A program made the position numbers and the translations under genes. The notes below the pieces were generated by a model. The model made no database searches, was not told the origin of the DNA, and was given only the letters and a program-made list of their open reading frames with translations. Of a stretch of 24,000 nt of DNA, positions 1-7,976 are shown piece by piece. Source of the DNA: an uncultured Actinomycetota bacterium. GTDB lineage: Bacteria; Actinomycetota; Actinomycetes; Mycobacteriales; Jatrophihabitantaceae. The stretch is from the NCBI GenBank assembly GCA_963748415.1, contig CAVVJA010000017.1:28854-52853 (forward strand), read 5' to 3'. Each line of letters begins with the position of its first letter. Position 1 is the stretch's first letter.

Positions 1-354
1 GAGGCGGTCGGCGCGGCCGAGCGTCAGAATTCCCGTCCCGGCCGGCTCGGCGCCGAACGGGCGCTCACGTTCAGCGAGGGCTTGCTGAGCCGACAGGGGT
101 ATGAGCCGGACCGGGTCTCACCGACGCGGGTCTGCCTGCGCAACTGCCCGTTCCATCCCGTCAGTAGGCAGTTCCCAGAAGTCGTGTGCGGGCTCAACCA
201 CTCGTTCCTGACCGGCTTCCTGACCGGCCTGAATGCGCCGACCGTACGCGCGGTCCTGCAACCACGAGCGGGTGAATGTTGCGTCGAACTGCGGTCGGCG
301 ACGGCCGATGACCGGTCGCTAACCGACGTTCCTGCCGGTCCGCCGTCGTCCTGA
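1..354 (+). CDS. C-terminal part of a helix-turn-helix transcriptional regulator (ArsR-like type with a Cys/His-rich C-terminal motif); 5' end lies outside the window
   Basis: Frame 1 is open from base 1 to TGA 352-354. The listed ORF 82..354 carries 'CLRNCPFH...VVCGLNHSFLTGFL', which I recognise from actinobacterial ArsR-type regulators. It converges on the next gene with only 3 nt between the stops (TGAtcaTCA, 352-360). Confidence 0.5.
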   Translation, partial: EAVGAAERQNSRPGRLGAERALTFSEGLLSRQGYEPDRVSPTRVCLRNCPFHPVSRQFPEVVCGLNHSFLTGFLTGLNAPTVRAVLQPRAGECCVELRSATADDRSLTDVPAGPPSS

Positions 355-357
355 TCA

Positions 358-2424
358 TCAGCTACTCCCCAGGTCATAGACGGTCAGACCGCCTACGGAG
401 GTGGCCGTGAAGTTTGACGTCACCCAGTCGGTGATCTCGCTGCTGTTTCCGGCGCCGCCGCCCGGGCCGCCGCCCGCTCCGCCGACAATGAAGAAACGAA
501 TCTCTCCAGCGGCGACGTAGGCCTTGAATTGCGCGAGTGTCGGCGTCGGATCGGATCCACTCCAACCACCGATAGCCATGACGGCTTTGCCACCACTGGC
601 CAATTCGAGGCTGGCCGCACTTTGGTCGCCGACGGTTGCCGCGGCCCAGCGGGTGGAGGTGGTCTTGAGAAGTGCCGCGAGTTCGGTGTTGGACGAGCTC
701 GAAGCTCCCGGACCGGAGCCACCCGAGAACTCGCCTTGTCCTGACTGCAGATCGTTTCCGTTCCCTTGCTGGCTGAATGGGCTTCCGCCGCCCAGCCCAC
801 CGACGCCTGTCGCCGTATTCGACGTCGGTCCCGCGGACGGAATCGAACCAGCATGCGGGCTGGCCGCGGTATCGGCCGCGTACGCCGCCGACCCGCTCCC
901 GAGAGCGAGCAGCCCGGCCAAGCCGGCAACCGCGACGCCGCGCCGGCTGATCAGGTTCGGCGGGACCGCCATGGCCACCGCGGCGACAAGCGATATGACC
1001 AGGAGCGCATAGCGCAGCCAGGGATACCAATTGGCCGCCCGGGTCATCAGCTCGTAGCTCCATACGCCGGTCACCGCCACACCGGCGGCGAGGGTCAGCC
1101 GGGCGCCTATGGACGTACGCCGCCGCCACAGCACGACGGCGCCGATCGCGGCCAGCGCGGCGATAGCCGGAGCGAGTTGCACCGCGTAGTACGGGTGGAT
1201 GATGCCGCTCGCGTAGCTGAATACTCCGGCGGTTACGAGGAGCCAGCCGCCCCACAGCAGTGCTGCGGCACGGGTCCGGTCGGTTCGCGGCGCCCGGCGG
1301 GCGACGACGAACAAGGCGACGACCGCGACCAGCGCTGCCGGGAGGAGCCAAGAGATCTGCGTGCCGAAGTCGGAGTTGAACAACCGGCCGAGCCCGGACG
1401 AGCCGCCGAAGCCGCCTCCGCCACCGGGACCGCCGCCGGCACCGGGACCACCGCCGGCGGCGAGGTCGGCGCGCCCGATTCCGGGAAGCTGACCGGTCGG
1501 GCCGGTGCCGCCACCGCCCTGACTGCCGCCAGGTGCGCTGCCCGCGCCGCCCGTCAGCCGGCTGAGCCCGTTGTAACCCCAGGCCAACCCCCACACCGAG
1601 TTGTTGCCCGAGCCACCGATATAGGGCCGGCTGCTCGCGGGCGTCAACGTCACCGCGAGCATCCACCATCCGGCGCTGACGATCACCGCCGCGCCGGCGA
1701 GGAGCAGGTTGCGAATGCGCCGGCCTACCGTGGTGTTCGCGGCGACGAGGTAGACGATGGCGAGCGCGGGAAGCACGGTGAAGGGCTGCAGGCTCTTCGT
1801 CAGAAAGTCGAATCCCATAGCCGCGCCTGCGAGTACCAGCCAGCGCAACTTGCCGTCGTCGACGGCCCGGGTAACGCCGTAGGCAGCGACGACCAGGAGC
1901 AGCGTCATCAACGCGTCGGGGTTGTTGAAGCGGAACATCAACACGGCGACCGGAGTCACCGCAAGCAAGCCACCTGCGATCAGTCCGGCGGGCGGCCCAA
2001 ACCAGCGTTTGACCGTGAGATAGAGGAGTCCGACCGCCGCGACGCCCATCAGGGCCTGTGGGACGAGCATCGACCAGGAGTTGAATCCAAAGATGCGGCC
2101 GGCGATCTCCATCGGCCACAACGAAGCCGGCGGCTTGTCGACGGTGATGAAGTTGCCGGAGTCCAGCGAGCCGAAGAACATCGCTTTCCAGCTCTTCGTA
2201 CCGGCCTGCACAGCGGCCGCGTAGAACTGGTTGGCGTTCCCCGATGCGCCGAGATTCCAGAGATATAGCAGCGCAGTCCCGGCAAGCAGCGCGAGCACTG
2301 AAGGACGGACCCACGTGGGTTGGCCGACCGGACCTTGCAGAGCCCGGCGCACGCCACTCCGGCTCCGAGGCGCGAATGCCGGTGGGGATGCGTCAGGGCG
2401 AAGGTACGGGTAGGTCGTTGTCAT
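358..2424 (-). CDS. GT39 / ArnT-like (GT-C fold) polyprenol-phosphate-sugar dependent glycosyltransferase, polytopic membrane protein with a C-terminal extracytoplasmic domain
   Basis: Part of ORF 358..2592. N-terminal region 'FYAAAVQAGTKSWKAMFFGSLDSGNFITVDKPPASLWPMEIAGRIFGFNSWSMLVPQAL' plus many TM segments is typical of PMT_2/ArnT-like GT39 proteins. The C-terminus 'IGGWSGSDPTPTLAQFKAYVAAGEIRFFIV...TVYDL' matches the tail common in actinobacterial homologues. I chose the internal ATG at 2424-2422 (MTTTYPYL) because it forms an ATGA overlap with the upstream stop (2421-2424 = tcat on the plus strand). Confidence 0.85.
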   Translation of the reverse strand: MTTTYPYLRPDASPPAFAPRSRSGVRRALQGPVGQPTWVRPSVLALLAGTALLYLWNLGASGNANQFYAAAVQAGTKSWKAMFFGSLDSGNFITVDKPPASLWPMEIAGRIFGFNSWSMLVPQALMGVAAVGLLYLTVKRWFGPPAGLIAGGLLAVTPVAVLMFRFNNPDALMTLLLVVAAYGVTRAVDDGKLRWLVLAGAAMGFDFLTKSLQPFTVLPALAIVYLVAANTTVGRRIRNLLLAGAAVIVSAGWWMLAVTLTPASSRPYIGGSGNNSVWGLAWGYNGLSRLTGGAGSAPGGSQGGGGTGPTGQLPGIGRADLAAGGGPGAGGGPGGGGGFGGSSGLGRLFNSDFGTQISWLLPAALVAVVALFVVARRAPRTDRTRAAALLWGGWLLVTAGVFSYASGIIHPYYAVQLAPAIAALAAIGAVVLWRRRTSIGARLTLAAGVAVTGVWSYELMTRAANWYPWLRYALLVISLVAAVAMAVPPNLISRRGVAVAGLAGLLALGSGSAAYAADTAASPHAGSIPSAGPTSNTATGVGGLGGGSPFSQQGNGNDLQSGQGEFSGGSGPGASSSSNTELAALLKTTSTRWAAATVGDQSAASLELASGGKAVMAIGGWSGSDPTPTLAQFKAYVAAGEIRFFIVGGAGGGPGGGAGNSSEITDWVTSNFTATSVGGLTVYDLGSS

Positions 2425-3689
2425 GGCAGGGTCTCCACATCCGGTATGGCACGATGCCTGGCTGCTTGGACTGGTTGGCGCGGGGAGAAGACCCACTCGC
2501 GCAGCAGAACGAAGCGGAGCACGGTCGCGGCGAGGTTCGCGAGTAGGAGCACTCCGACCTCGACGAAGCGTGAGGGGTCGGCGCTGATCCACGACAGCAC
2601 AGCGAGCGCCCCACTCGTCACAGCCAGACCAAGTCCGAACACGAGAAGTCCTTGCAGTTGGTGCCGGGCGACGCCTTCGCCCCGCACCCCGAAGGTGAAT
2701 CGTCGGTTGGCGGCCGTATTCGCCACCGCAGTGACGAGGAGTGCGACCAGGTTGGCGAGCTGGGCGCCGAGACCAGCGCGGGACACGACGAACAGAAGCA
2801 GGTAAACGACGGTGCTGACGGCGCCTACGGCGGCGAACCGCAGGATCTGGCGCGCCAGCGATGGCGGCACTCCGGGTAACCCGATCGGTTGTCGGCCGAG
2901 CTGCTGGCGCAAGTCACGCAGGGGGAGGGCGCCGGTGGCGAATGCGCGCCCAACCCGGGCGATTCCTCGCAGGTCAGCGACGGCCGTGGCAACGATGTCG
3001 ACCCGACTGTCCGGGTCATCGACCCAGTCGACCGGCACCTCGTGGATTCGCAGCCCGGCGCGCTCGGCCAAGACGAGCAGCTCCGTGTCGAAGAACCAGT
3101 TCCGGTCGTACACGTAGGGCAACAGAGCACGCGCATGGTCCACGCGCATCGCCTTGAATCCGCACTGCGCGTCGGAGAAGCGGGCCCGAAGCGTGGCATG
3201 CAACAGAAGGTTGTAACCGCGGGAGATGAGTTCCCGCCGCGGGCCGCGAACTACCCGGGCTGTCCGCGACAACCGGGTGCCGATCGCCACGTCACTGTGC
3301 CCCGACATCAAAGGGGCGATCAGTGGAAGAAGGGCCGCGAGATCCGTGGACAGATCGACGTCCATGTAGGCGACGATGCGAGCGTTGCTGGCAGTCCAGA
3401 CGTCATGCAACGCGCGACCGCGACCTTTGGCCGCGACGTGGACGGCTCGCACGTCCGACAGCTCGTCTTCCAGCTGCTGGGCGATGGGCCACGTGCCGTC
3501 GGTGCTGGCGTTATCGGCAATGGTGATCACCGTCGGGAACGGGAACTCGTCGTGGAGGTACGCGTGCAATCGCCGCACGCTCGTCGCGAGGTCTCGCTCC
3601 TCGTTGTAGACCGGGACGACGATCTCGACGTCGGCCGTCCCGGTGTCGGTGGGGAGCACCAGCTGGGCGCTGGCCTCGATGGAGGTCAT
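2421..3689 (-). CDS. GT2 polyprenol-phosphate glycosyltransferase (GtrB / dolichol-P-sugar synthase-like) fused to a C-terminal GtrA-like 4-TM domain
   Basis: Part of ORF 2421..3989. GT2 motifs: 'VPVYNEE', 'DNASTDGT', 'DVDLS' (DxD), 'AQCGFKA'. The C-terminal 'ILRFAAVGAVSTVVYLLLF...NRRFTFG...LLREWVF' is GtrA-like. I chose ATG 3689-3687 (MTSIEAS), which is preceded by GGAG about 8 nt upstream. The longer ORF start would overlap the two upstream genes. Confidence 0.85.
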   Translation of the reverse strand: MTSIEASAQLVLPTDTGTADVEIVVPVYNEERDLATSVRRLHAYLHDEFPFPTVITIADNASTDGTWPIAQQLEDELSDVRAVHVAAKGRGRALHDVWTASNARIVAYMDVDLSTDLAALLPLIAPLMSGHSDVAIGTRLSRTARVVRGPRRELISRGYNLLLHATLRARFSDAQCGFKAMRVDHARALLPYVYDRNWFFDTELLVLAERAGLRIHEVPVDWVDDPDSRVDIVATAVADLRGIARVGRAFATGALPLRDLRQQLGRQPIGLPGVPPSLARQILRFAAVGAVSTVVYLLLFVVSRAGLGAQLANLVALLVTAVANTAANRRFTFGVRGEGVARHQLQGLLVFGLGLAVTSGALAVLSWISADPSRFVEVGVLLLANLAATVLRFVLLREWVFSPRQPVQAARHRAIPDVETLP

Positions 3690-3715
3690 GACGTCGCTCC
3701 GTCCGGAGTGGCGGG

Positions 3716-3916
3716 TTATCTCGGGGATTCGGCTATGCGCAAGGCCAGAGCTGGGCAAGCCGCTACCGTCCGTCGCTCGGCTCGGTCGTCGACCGGAGCA
3801 CCGCGCCGGCCAAGCAGAATGGGAAATCCCCATTCGTCTCGGACGAACTGTTCCGGCAGGAGTTCGGCGCACAGCCCGTGGCCATCGCAGCGCGTCCAGT
3901 CGATCTCGATCGTCAT
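3716..3916 (-). CDS. small ferredoxin (3Fe-4S/4Fe-4S single-cluster type)
   Basis: 66-aa ORF. 'CDGHGLC...' followed by '...ACPALAL' gives the CxxHxxC...CP pattern of small actinobacterial ferredoxins. Its start ATG 3916-3914 overlaps the upstream stop as ATGA (plus strand tcat 3913-3916). Confidence 0.7.
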   Translation of the reverse strand: MTIEIDWTRCDGHGLCAELLPEQFVRDEWGFPILLGRRGAPVDDRAERRTVAACPALALRIAESPR

Positions 3917-5163
3917 CGCGACCCTCCGATCGGAAGCTGACCTCGCACTGGACGCCCGCAGCCGCCTCGCAGATGCGCGGCGATGTCATCCGACAGCGCA
4001 GCTAGTCCGCTGCGGACGAATTGCGCCGCTCCGTCGGGATGCCGGCAGGCGCCGCGCCCGTCGACCAGGTCGGCATGACGGAGCCCCCGGGCGAGGCCGT
4101 TGCGGTCGCCCGACCAGATCGCTCGGACATCGCGAGCAAGGGCCGGCAGGCCGAACAGGCACGGTCCGCACTGCCGCGCGGACTCGGCCGCCAGCCAGTC
4201 GGTCACCCGCACGAGTTCGCCGAGCCCGCACGTCGTGTGATCCAGCACGAGGACGACGCCAGCGCCGAAGCTGCCCCCGGCATGGGCGACGCCCGCTCGA
4301 GATAGCCGCAGCTCGGGGTCGGCGGCCAGCCAGCGTCCGTGGTAGCCGCCCACAACCACCGCCTGCGCCGGCGCAGCGTGACCGGCCTCGAGGAGCACGC
4401 CGAGCGGCGTGCCCAGCGGCACTTCGACGACGCCAGCTCGCGATACGGCGCCGCCGAGCGACAGCAGGGTGCTGCCGGGTTCGGCGAGCGAACCGGTTCC
4501 GCCGTACCGCTGGGGGCCGAGACGCAGCAGCACCGCGAGCTGAGCGAATGTCTCGACGTTGCCGAGGATCGCGCCGAATGAACTGGCGTGGATGCGCCGG
4601 CCAGGGGGAATGGCCGGGCCGCCACGGATGGACCGCATCACGGCACGGGCTTCACCGCTGACAAATCCTCCTGGTACTCGATGGATCCGCACGATGCGTG
4701 CGTCGGAGCGCTCCGCGACGGCGTCGCGGACCGAATCAGCACTCATCGAGTCGTGCACCGCGAGAGTTACGCGGTGGGCACCGAGCGAGCCCGCGAGGCC
4801 CAGCGCCCCGTCCAGCACGAGATGGGGGGAGAAGCGCAGGAGCAGCCGATCCTTGATGCTCGCGGGCTCGCTCTCGCATCCGTTGATAACGACCTCGCGG
4901 CGCGTTTCCGCCGGCAGGGCGCGGATCTTGGCGGCGAGCGGAAAGCCCGCGCCGCCGCGCCCGGCCAACGCGACCCCATCGAGCATGCCCACCAATCGGG
5001 GTAGCTCGACGGCTGGCTGTGGGCCGTGTGTGGCACGATGCGCGCGGTGGTCCAGGCGGTTCAGCCCGCGATCGAGCCCGGCAAGTAGGCGGGGCGCGCC
5101 GATGCTCCACGCGATCGGCTCGGCTGGCGTGGTCGGGGCAGGGCGGATCATGGCAGCGGTCAT
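3913..5163 (-). CDS. NuoF-like NADH-binding flavoprotein (NADH:ubiquinone oxidoreductase subunit F iron-sulfur binding-region family)
   Basis: Part of ORF 3913..5373. Motifs: 'GRGGAGFPLAAK' (NuoF FMN/NADH glycine motif), 'VVINGCESEPASIKDRLLL', and C-terminal cysteines 'SARQCGPCLFG' plus 'GRGACRHPDG' (N3-type 4Fe-4S ligands). I chose ATG 5163-5161 (MTAAMIRP) because it overlaps the upstream stop as ATGA (5160-5163). Confidence 0.8.
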   Translation of the reverse strand: MTAAMIRPAPTTPAEPIAWSIGAPRLLAGLDRGLNRLDHRAHRATHGPQPAVELPRLVGMLDGVALAGRGGAGFPLAAKIRALPAETRREVVINGCESEPASIKDRLLLRFSPHLVLDGALGLAGSLGAHRVTLAVHDSMSADSVRDAVAERSDARIVRIHRVPGGFVSGEARAVMRSIRGGPAIPPGRRIHASSFGAILGNVETFAQLAVLLRLGPQRYGGTGSLAEPGSTLLSLGGAVSRAGVVEVPLGTPLGVLLEAGHAAPAQAVVVGGYHGRWLAADPELRLSRAGVAHAGGSFGAGVVLVLDHTTCGLGELVRVTDWLAAESARQCGPCLFGLPALARDVRAIWSGDRNGLARGLRHADLVDGRGACRHPDGAAQFVRSGLAALSDDIAAHLRGGCGRPVRGQLPIGGSR

Positions 5164-5735
5164 CGGGTTGCCTCGATCGGGACCATGGCGCGGCGCACGT
5201 AGTCGCGGCGAGCGAGCGAGACGAGGCGGGCCGTGATGGCAGCGAGCACCCCGACCAGGCAGACCAGGAACAACGCGTCGACCCAGCCCTGAACGACATC
5301 GGTGCCCGACTGGAAGCCGTGGATTATCGCGGCAGCCCATCCCAGGTAGGCCAGCGCGTGGAGCCCCCGCCAAACGCGGATGGCCTGCGGCGAACGGGCA
5401 AGTCGCCCTCGGCCGAGGCCGAGTGCGCTCACGGCGAGGAACACGTACGCGGCAACCGAGCCGAACGCCACCGAACCCGGTCGATAACTGGACTGGAAGG
5501 GTATGAGAGCGCCGAGGATGCCGACATGCGCTTTGGCGTCAGCCAGGATCGCCGTGATGTGCACCGCAAGGAGTGCCACCCCTAGGGCGGCAGCTGCGCG
5601 ATGCGCGTACTGGACGACGATCCGCCGCGCCGGGTTCGGGCTCGGCATCGAGACCAACGCCCCGAGCGCGGTCGCCGCGCTGAGCGCCACGAGAGCGGCC
5701 AGGCCGGCCCCGCGAGCGGTATACCAGAGCGTCAT
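5160..5735 (-). CDS. ferric-reductase-like / MsrQ-like transmembrane domain protein (putative di-haem b membrane electron conduit), TM domain only
   Basis: Part of ORF 5160..5771. About 6 hydrophobic helices carry paired histidines ('YAHRAAAALGVALLAVHI', 'GLHALAYLGWAAAIIHGF'), as in ferric-reductase TM domains. I chose ATG 5735-5733 (MTLWYTARG), which overlaps the ApbE stop as ATGA (5732-5735). Confidence 0.65.
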   Translation of the reverse strand: MTLWYTARGAGLAALVALSAATALGALVSMPSPNPARRIVVQYAHRAAAALGVALLAVHITAILADAKAHVGILGALIPFQSSYRPGSVAFGSVAAYVFLAVSALGLGRGRLARSPQAIRVWRGLHALAYLGWAAAIIHGFQSGTDVVQGWVDALFLVCLVGVLAAITARLVSLARRDYVRRAMVPIEATR

Positions 5736-6727
5736 GACAGCGCCGCTTCCAGGCCGACGGTGGGCCACCACGCGGTTGCCACGATGGTGCCGTCGCGAGC
5801 GACGAGCCGGGCGGCAAGCCTACGGGCGGTGAGCCAGTCGAGCGCCGCACCGCCGAGCACGATCGCCGCCGTGCTCGCGGTGTTGGCCGCAAGAGCTGAC
5901 TGGGCGTGCACGGTGACCGTGCGCCATGGTCCGTCGGCGGGCGCGCCGGTCGTGGGATCGACGATGTGGTGCATCGGTTGGCCGGCCCGCGTCCAGCGCC
6001 GGACCGTCGTGGTTGACGTCGCCAGGCCGCCGTGCCGCACGAGGACTAGCTGTCCCGGAGCGCCGGCCCGTTCCGCAACGAGCACATTCCAGCCGGGGGC
6101 ATTGCCATGAACGGCGAGGTCGCCGCCGATCTCCACCAGCACCGCGGTGCGATGACGGCGGGACAGCACAAGGGCGGCGAGGTCGGCCAGGTGAGCCTTG
6201 GCGGTTGCGCCCAGGTCCAGCGCGGTACCGGGCGGCACGGTCAACAGGTCGGCCTCCCGATCCAGAAGCACGTCGTGCCAACCCGCCTGCGGCGCAAGCG
6301 GGTGAACCGGATCGCTCGAATCCGCGACGGCGCGGATGTCCCGGTCGTAGCCGATGCGTCGCATGGCCAGGCCGACCGTCGGATCCACCACGCCACCGGT
6401 GACGGCGGCCGCGTCCAGGGCGACCCGCACGAACTCGACGAGGAGCGCGGGCACCGGCGTCGGCCGACCCGTGTTGGCGTTGGCGCGCGACAAGGCTGAG
6501 TCGGGGCGGAAGCGACTGGCGGTGCGGTCGACGAGGTCGAGCAGTGCGGTGAGATCGCGGGCCGCGGCGTCGCGAGCGGTCGGATCGGCGACGATCAGCC
6601 GCACCATGCAGCTCCACGCCTGTTGGACGTGCGTGCACTGGGCCAGCGTCGTGGCGTCCACATCGGCCGTGCTGGGCGTCCAGGTGGCTGGGCCCGGGCT
6701 GACTGCCGGGTCGAGGGTGCTCGTCAT
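5732..6727 (-). CDS. apbE: FAD:protein FMN transferase (ApbE family)
   Basis: 331-aa ORF. 'DSALSRANA', 'VDPTVG', 'ALDLGATAKAHLADLAA' and 'VEIGGDLAV' resemble conserved ApbE blocks. The start ATG 6727-6725 overlaps the upstream stop as ATGA (6724-6727). Confidence 0.75.
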   Translation of the reverse strand: MTSTLDPAVSPGPATWTPSTADVDATTLAQCTHVQQAWSCMVRLIVADPTARDAAARDLTALLDLVDRTASRFRPDSALSRANANTGRPTPVPALLVEFVRVALDAAAVTGGVVDPTVGLAMRRIGYDRDIRAVADSSDPVHPLAPQAGWHDVLLDREADLLTVPPGTALDLGATAKAHLADLAALVLSRRHRTAVLVEIGGDLAVHGNAPGWNVLVAERAGAPGQLVLVRHGGLATSTTTVRRWTRAGQPMHHIVDPTTGAPADGPWRTVTVHAQSALAANTASTAAIVLGGAALDWLTARRLAARLVARDGTIVATAWWPTVGLEAALS

Positions 6728-7077
6728 GATCCGTTACTCCCTGCTGCTGCAGCATTGCCCTGGTTGGTCGAGCCGATGCCGCTGGTGCTGTTGTCGGACG
6801 ACGCTCCGGGCGTCGGGGTGCTGCTCGCTCCGCTACTCGACGAACCTGGCGTGGTGGTCGTCGCGGACCCGGCGGCGGACCCCGTGGTGGCCGTCGACGT
6901 GGAGCCCGACGTGTCTGCCGAGGCGCCGGTCGCGGCGGAATTGGCAACTCCGGCCACGAGCGTCGCGCCGAGGGCCGCACCCGCCGTCGCGACGCCGGCC
7001 GCCGTGAATGTGGCGCGGCGCAACACGCGATTCGGTCGCTTGGGGGGTGGTGTCGTTGTCATGCGTACGACGATCAC
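6724..7077 (-). CDS. small secreted low-complexity Ser/Thr/Gly/Ala-rich protein with an RR-containing signal peptide; first gene of the operon
   Basis: 117-aa ORF (GTG 7077; alternative ATG 7062). The N-terminus 'KRPNRVLRRATFTAAGVATAGAALGATLVAGVANSAA' looks like a Tat/Sec signal peptide. The remaining ~70 residues are almost only S/T/G/A/P/N and include TGAS (6919-6930) and SGAS (6823-6834). The coding call rests mainly on the ATGA coupling to apbE and the signal-peptide-like start. Confidence 0.5.
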   Translation of the reverse strand: MIVVRMTTTPPPKRPNRVLRRATFTAAGVATAGAALGATLVAGVANSAATGASADTSGSTSTATTGSAAGSATTTTPGSSSSGASSTPTPGASSDNSTSGIGSTNQGNAAAAGSNGS

Positions 7078-7171
7078 CGGGAATGACTCATCGCAGCCTC
7101 AGCCGACCGTCAAGTGCACCTCAAGATCGGTTAGGAGGCGGCTGAACGAGACTGATCTTGTCCATGACCAA

Positions 7172-7218
7172 GATGATCTTTGAGATATGGGCGCTATTGA
7201 GCCTGTTGCAAAATTGCC
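7172..7218. repeat. left terminal inverted repeat of the IS1182-family element
   Basis: Aligned by eye to the reverse complement of 12687-12732. Shared blocks are GATGATCTT, GAG, GAGCCTGTTGC and AATTG, with a 2-nt length difference. Confidence 0.6.
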
Positions 7219-7976
7219 GCGCGCCTCTGCGGGTTGATCTTGGGTGCGCCACGAGCGCAGAGAGGGGTCGCCGTAGGAGATCTCTTGATGCGGTGCTGTG
7301 CAGGTGATGAAGGATTGCTGGCCCTTCGGCGTCGCCCTGCGGGGGGAGGCGTCAAACCGCCTCATGCTGCGTTGGTTGGTGACCGTCGTGGTGAGCGATG
7401 AGGAAAAGGCGCACTTTGATGCGTCAGGTGGGGATCGGGAAGGCGAGCGTGAGCGAACCGCTGAGGACGCGTCGAAACAACTGGATGACATCAAAACCGG
7501 GGAGGCTAAGAGTCTCCGGGATGAGCCTGGCGGGTGCCCGCTGATTGGCCAGGCGGTGTCCGGCGTGAAGGCGGCGCGAGCCCGGTCTGCGGCTCCTGCA
7601 CGGAACGTGGGGTGCGCCGGGATAAACCGGCAGGAGGAAAGGGATGAGAACGCCCGACATCGAAGGAGTAGCGATCCACGATGGCCCCGAGTCATGCGTC
7701 GACGTCCGTGAGGGCGGCGGCGAAGCGTTGACAGGGGTACGTGCAGGCCGAGCTATTGAGCCGCGAAATCACAGTTCGGGGTGCCGACGTCGTCTCACGA
7801 GACGGAAGGCCACATCGCCGGCGGCGTTAGCGCGAGCCGTTTGGTGGACCCCGCGCGGTCTGAGAACCTGGCATGTACGGAGTCCTTCTGCGCGAGAACC
7901 GGGAGGTCCCACTGCTCGCCCGTCCGGATGATCACCGGGCGGGCCGCTCAGGGAAGGCTGAGGCGGTAAGCCTGGG

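Noticed and set aside
374-2314. Long Arg-rich ORFs overlapping the GT39 gene (374..2314 minus, 646 aa; 766..2268 plus, 500 aa; several shorter ones)
   Set aside because: These are typical high-GC shadow frames: Arg/Pro/Gly-rich with no recognisable motifs. They are fully contained within a gene whose product has clear GT39 membrane-protein features.
2889-4661. 590-aa plus-strand ORF antisense to the GT2-GtrA, ferredoxin and NuoF-like genes
   Set aside because: It spans three well-supported minus-strand genes and has an Arg/Ala/Pro-rich composition with no motifs, so it is an antisense shadow ORF.
5820-6980. 386-aa minus-strand ORF overlapping apbE and the small secreted-protein gene in another frame
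   Set aside because: Extremely Arg/Pro-rich low-complexity translation. The alternative frame gives a recognisable ApbE protein with ATGA coupling at both ends.
7078-7171. Possible promoter for the seven-gene operon (TTGACG on the minus strand at 7113-7108)
   Set aside because: No acceptable -10 hexamer lies at 16-18 nt spacing (candidates TGAGTC, ATGAGT, GAGTCA), so I do not report it as a feature.
7099-7931. ORFs 7099..7695 (minus), 7298..7711 (plus) and 7644..7931 (plus, 'EGVAIHDGPESC...') as protein-coding genes
   Set aside because: They lie in the 5' ribozyme halves of the two group II introns, downstream of the GTGCG 5' ends and upstream of the RT genes. The apparent conservation of the 'GPESC' peptide is best explained by conserved intron RNA rather than a protein.
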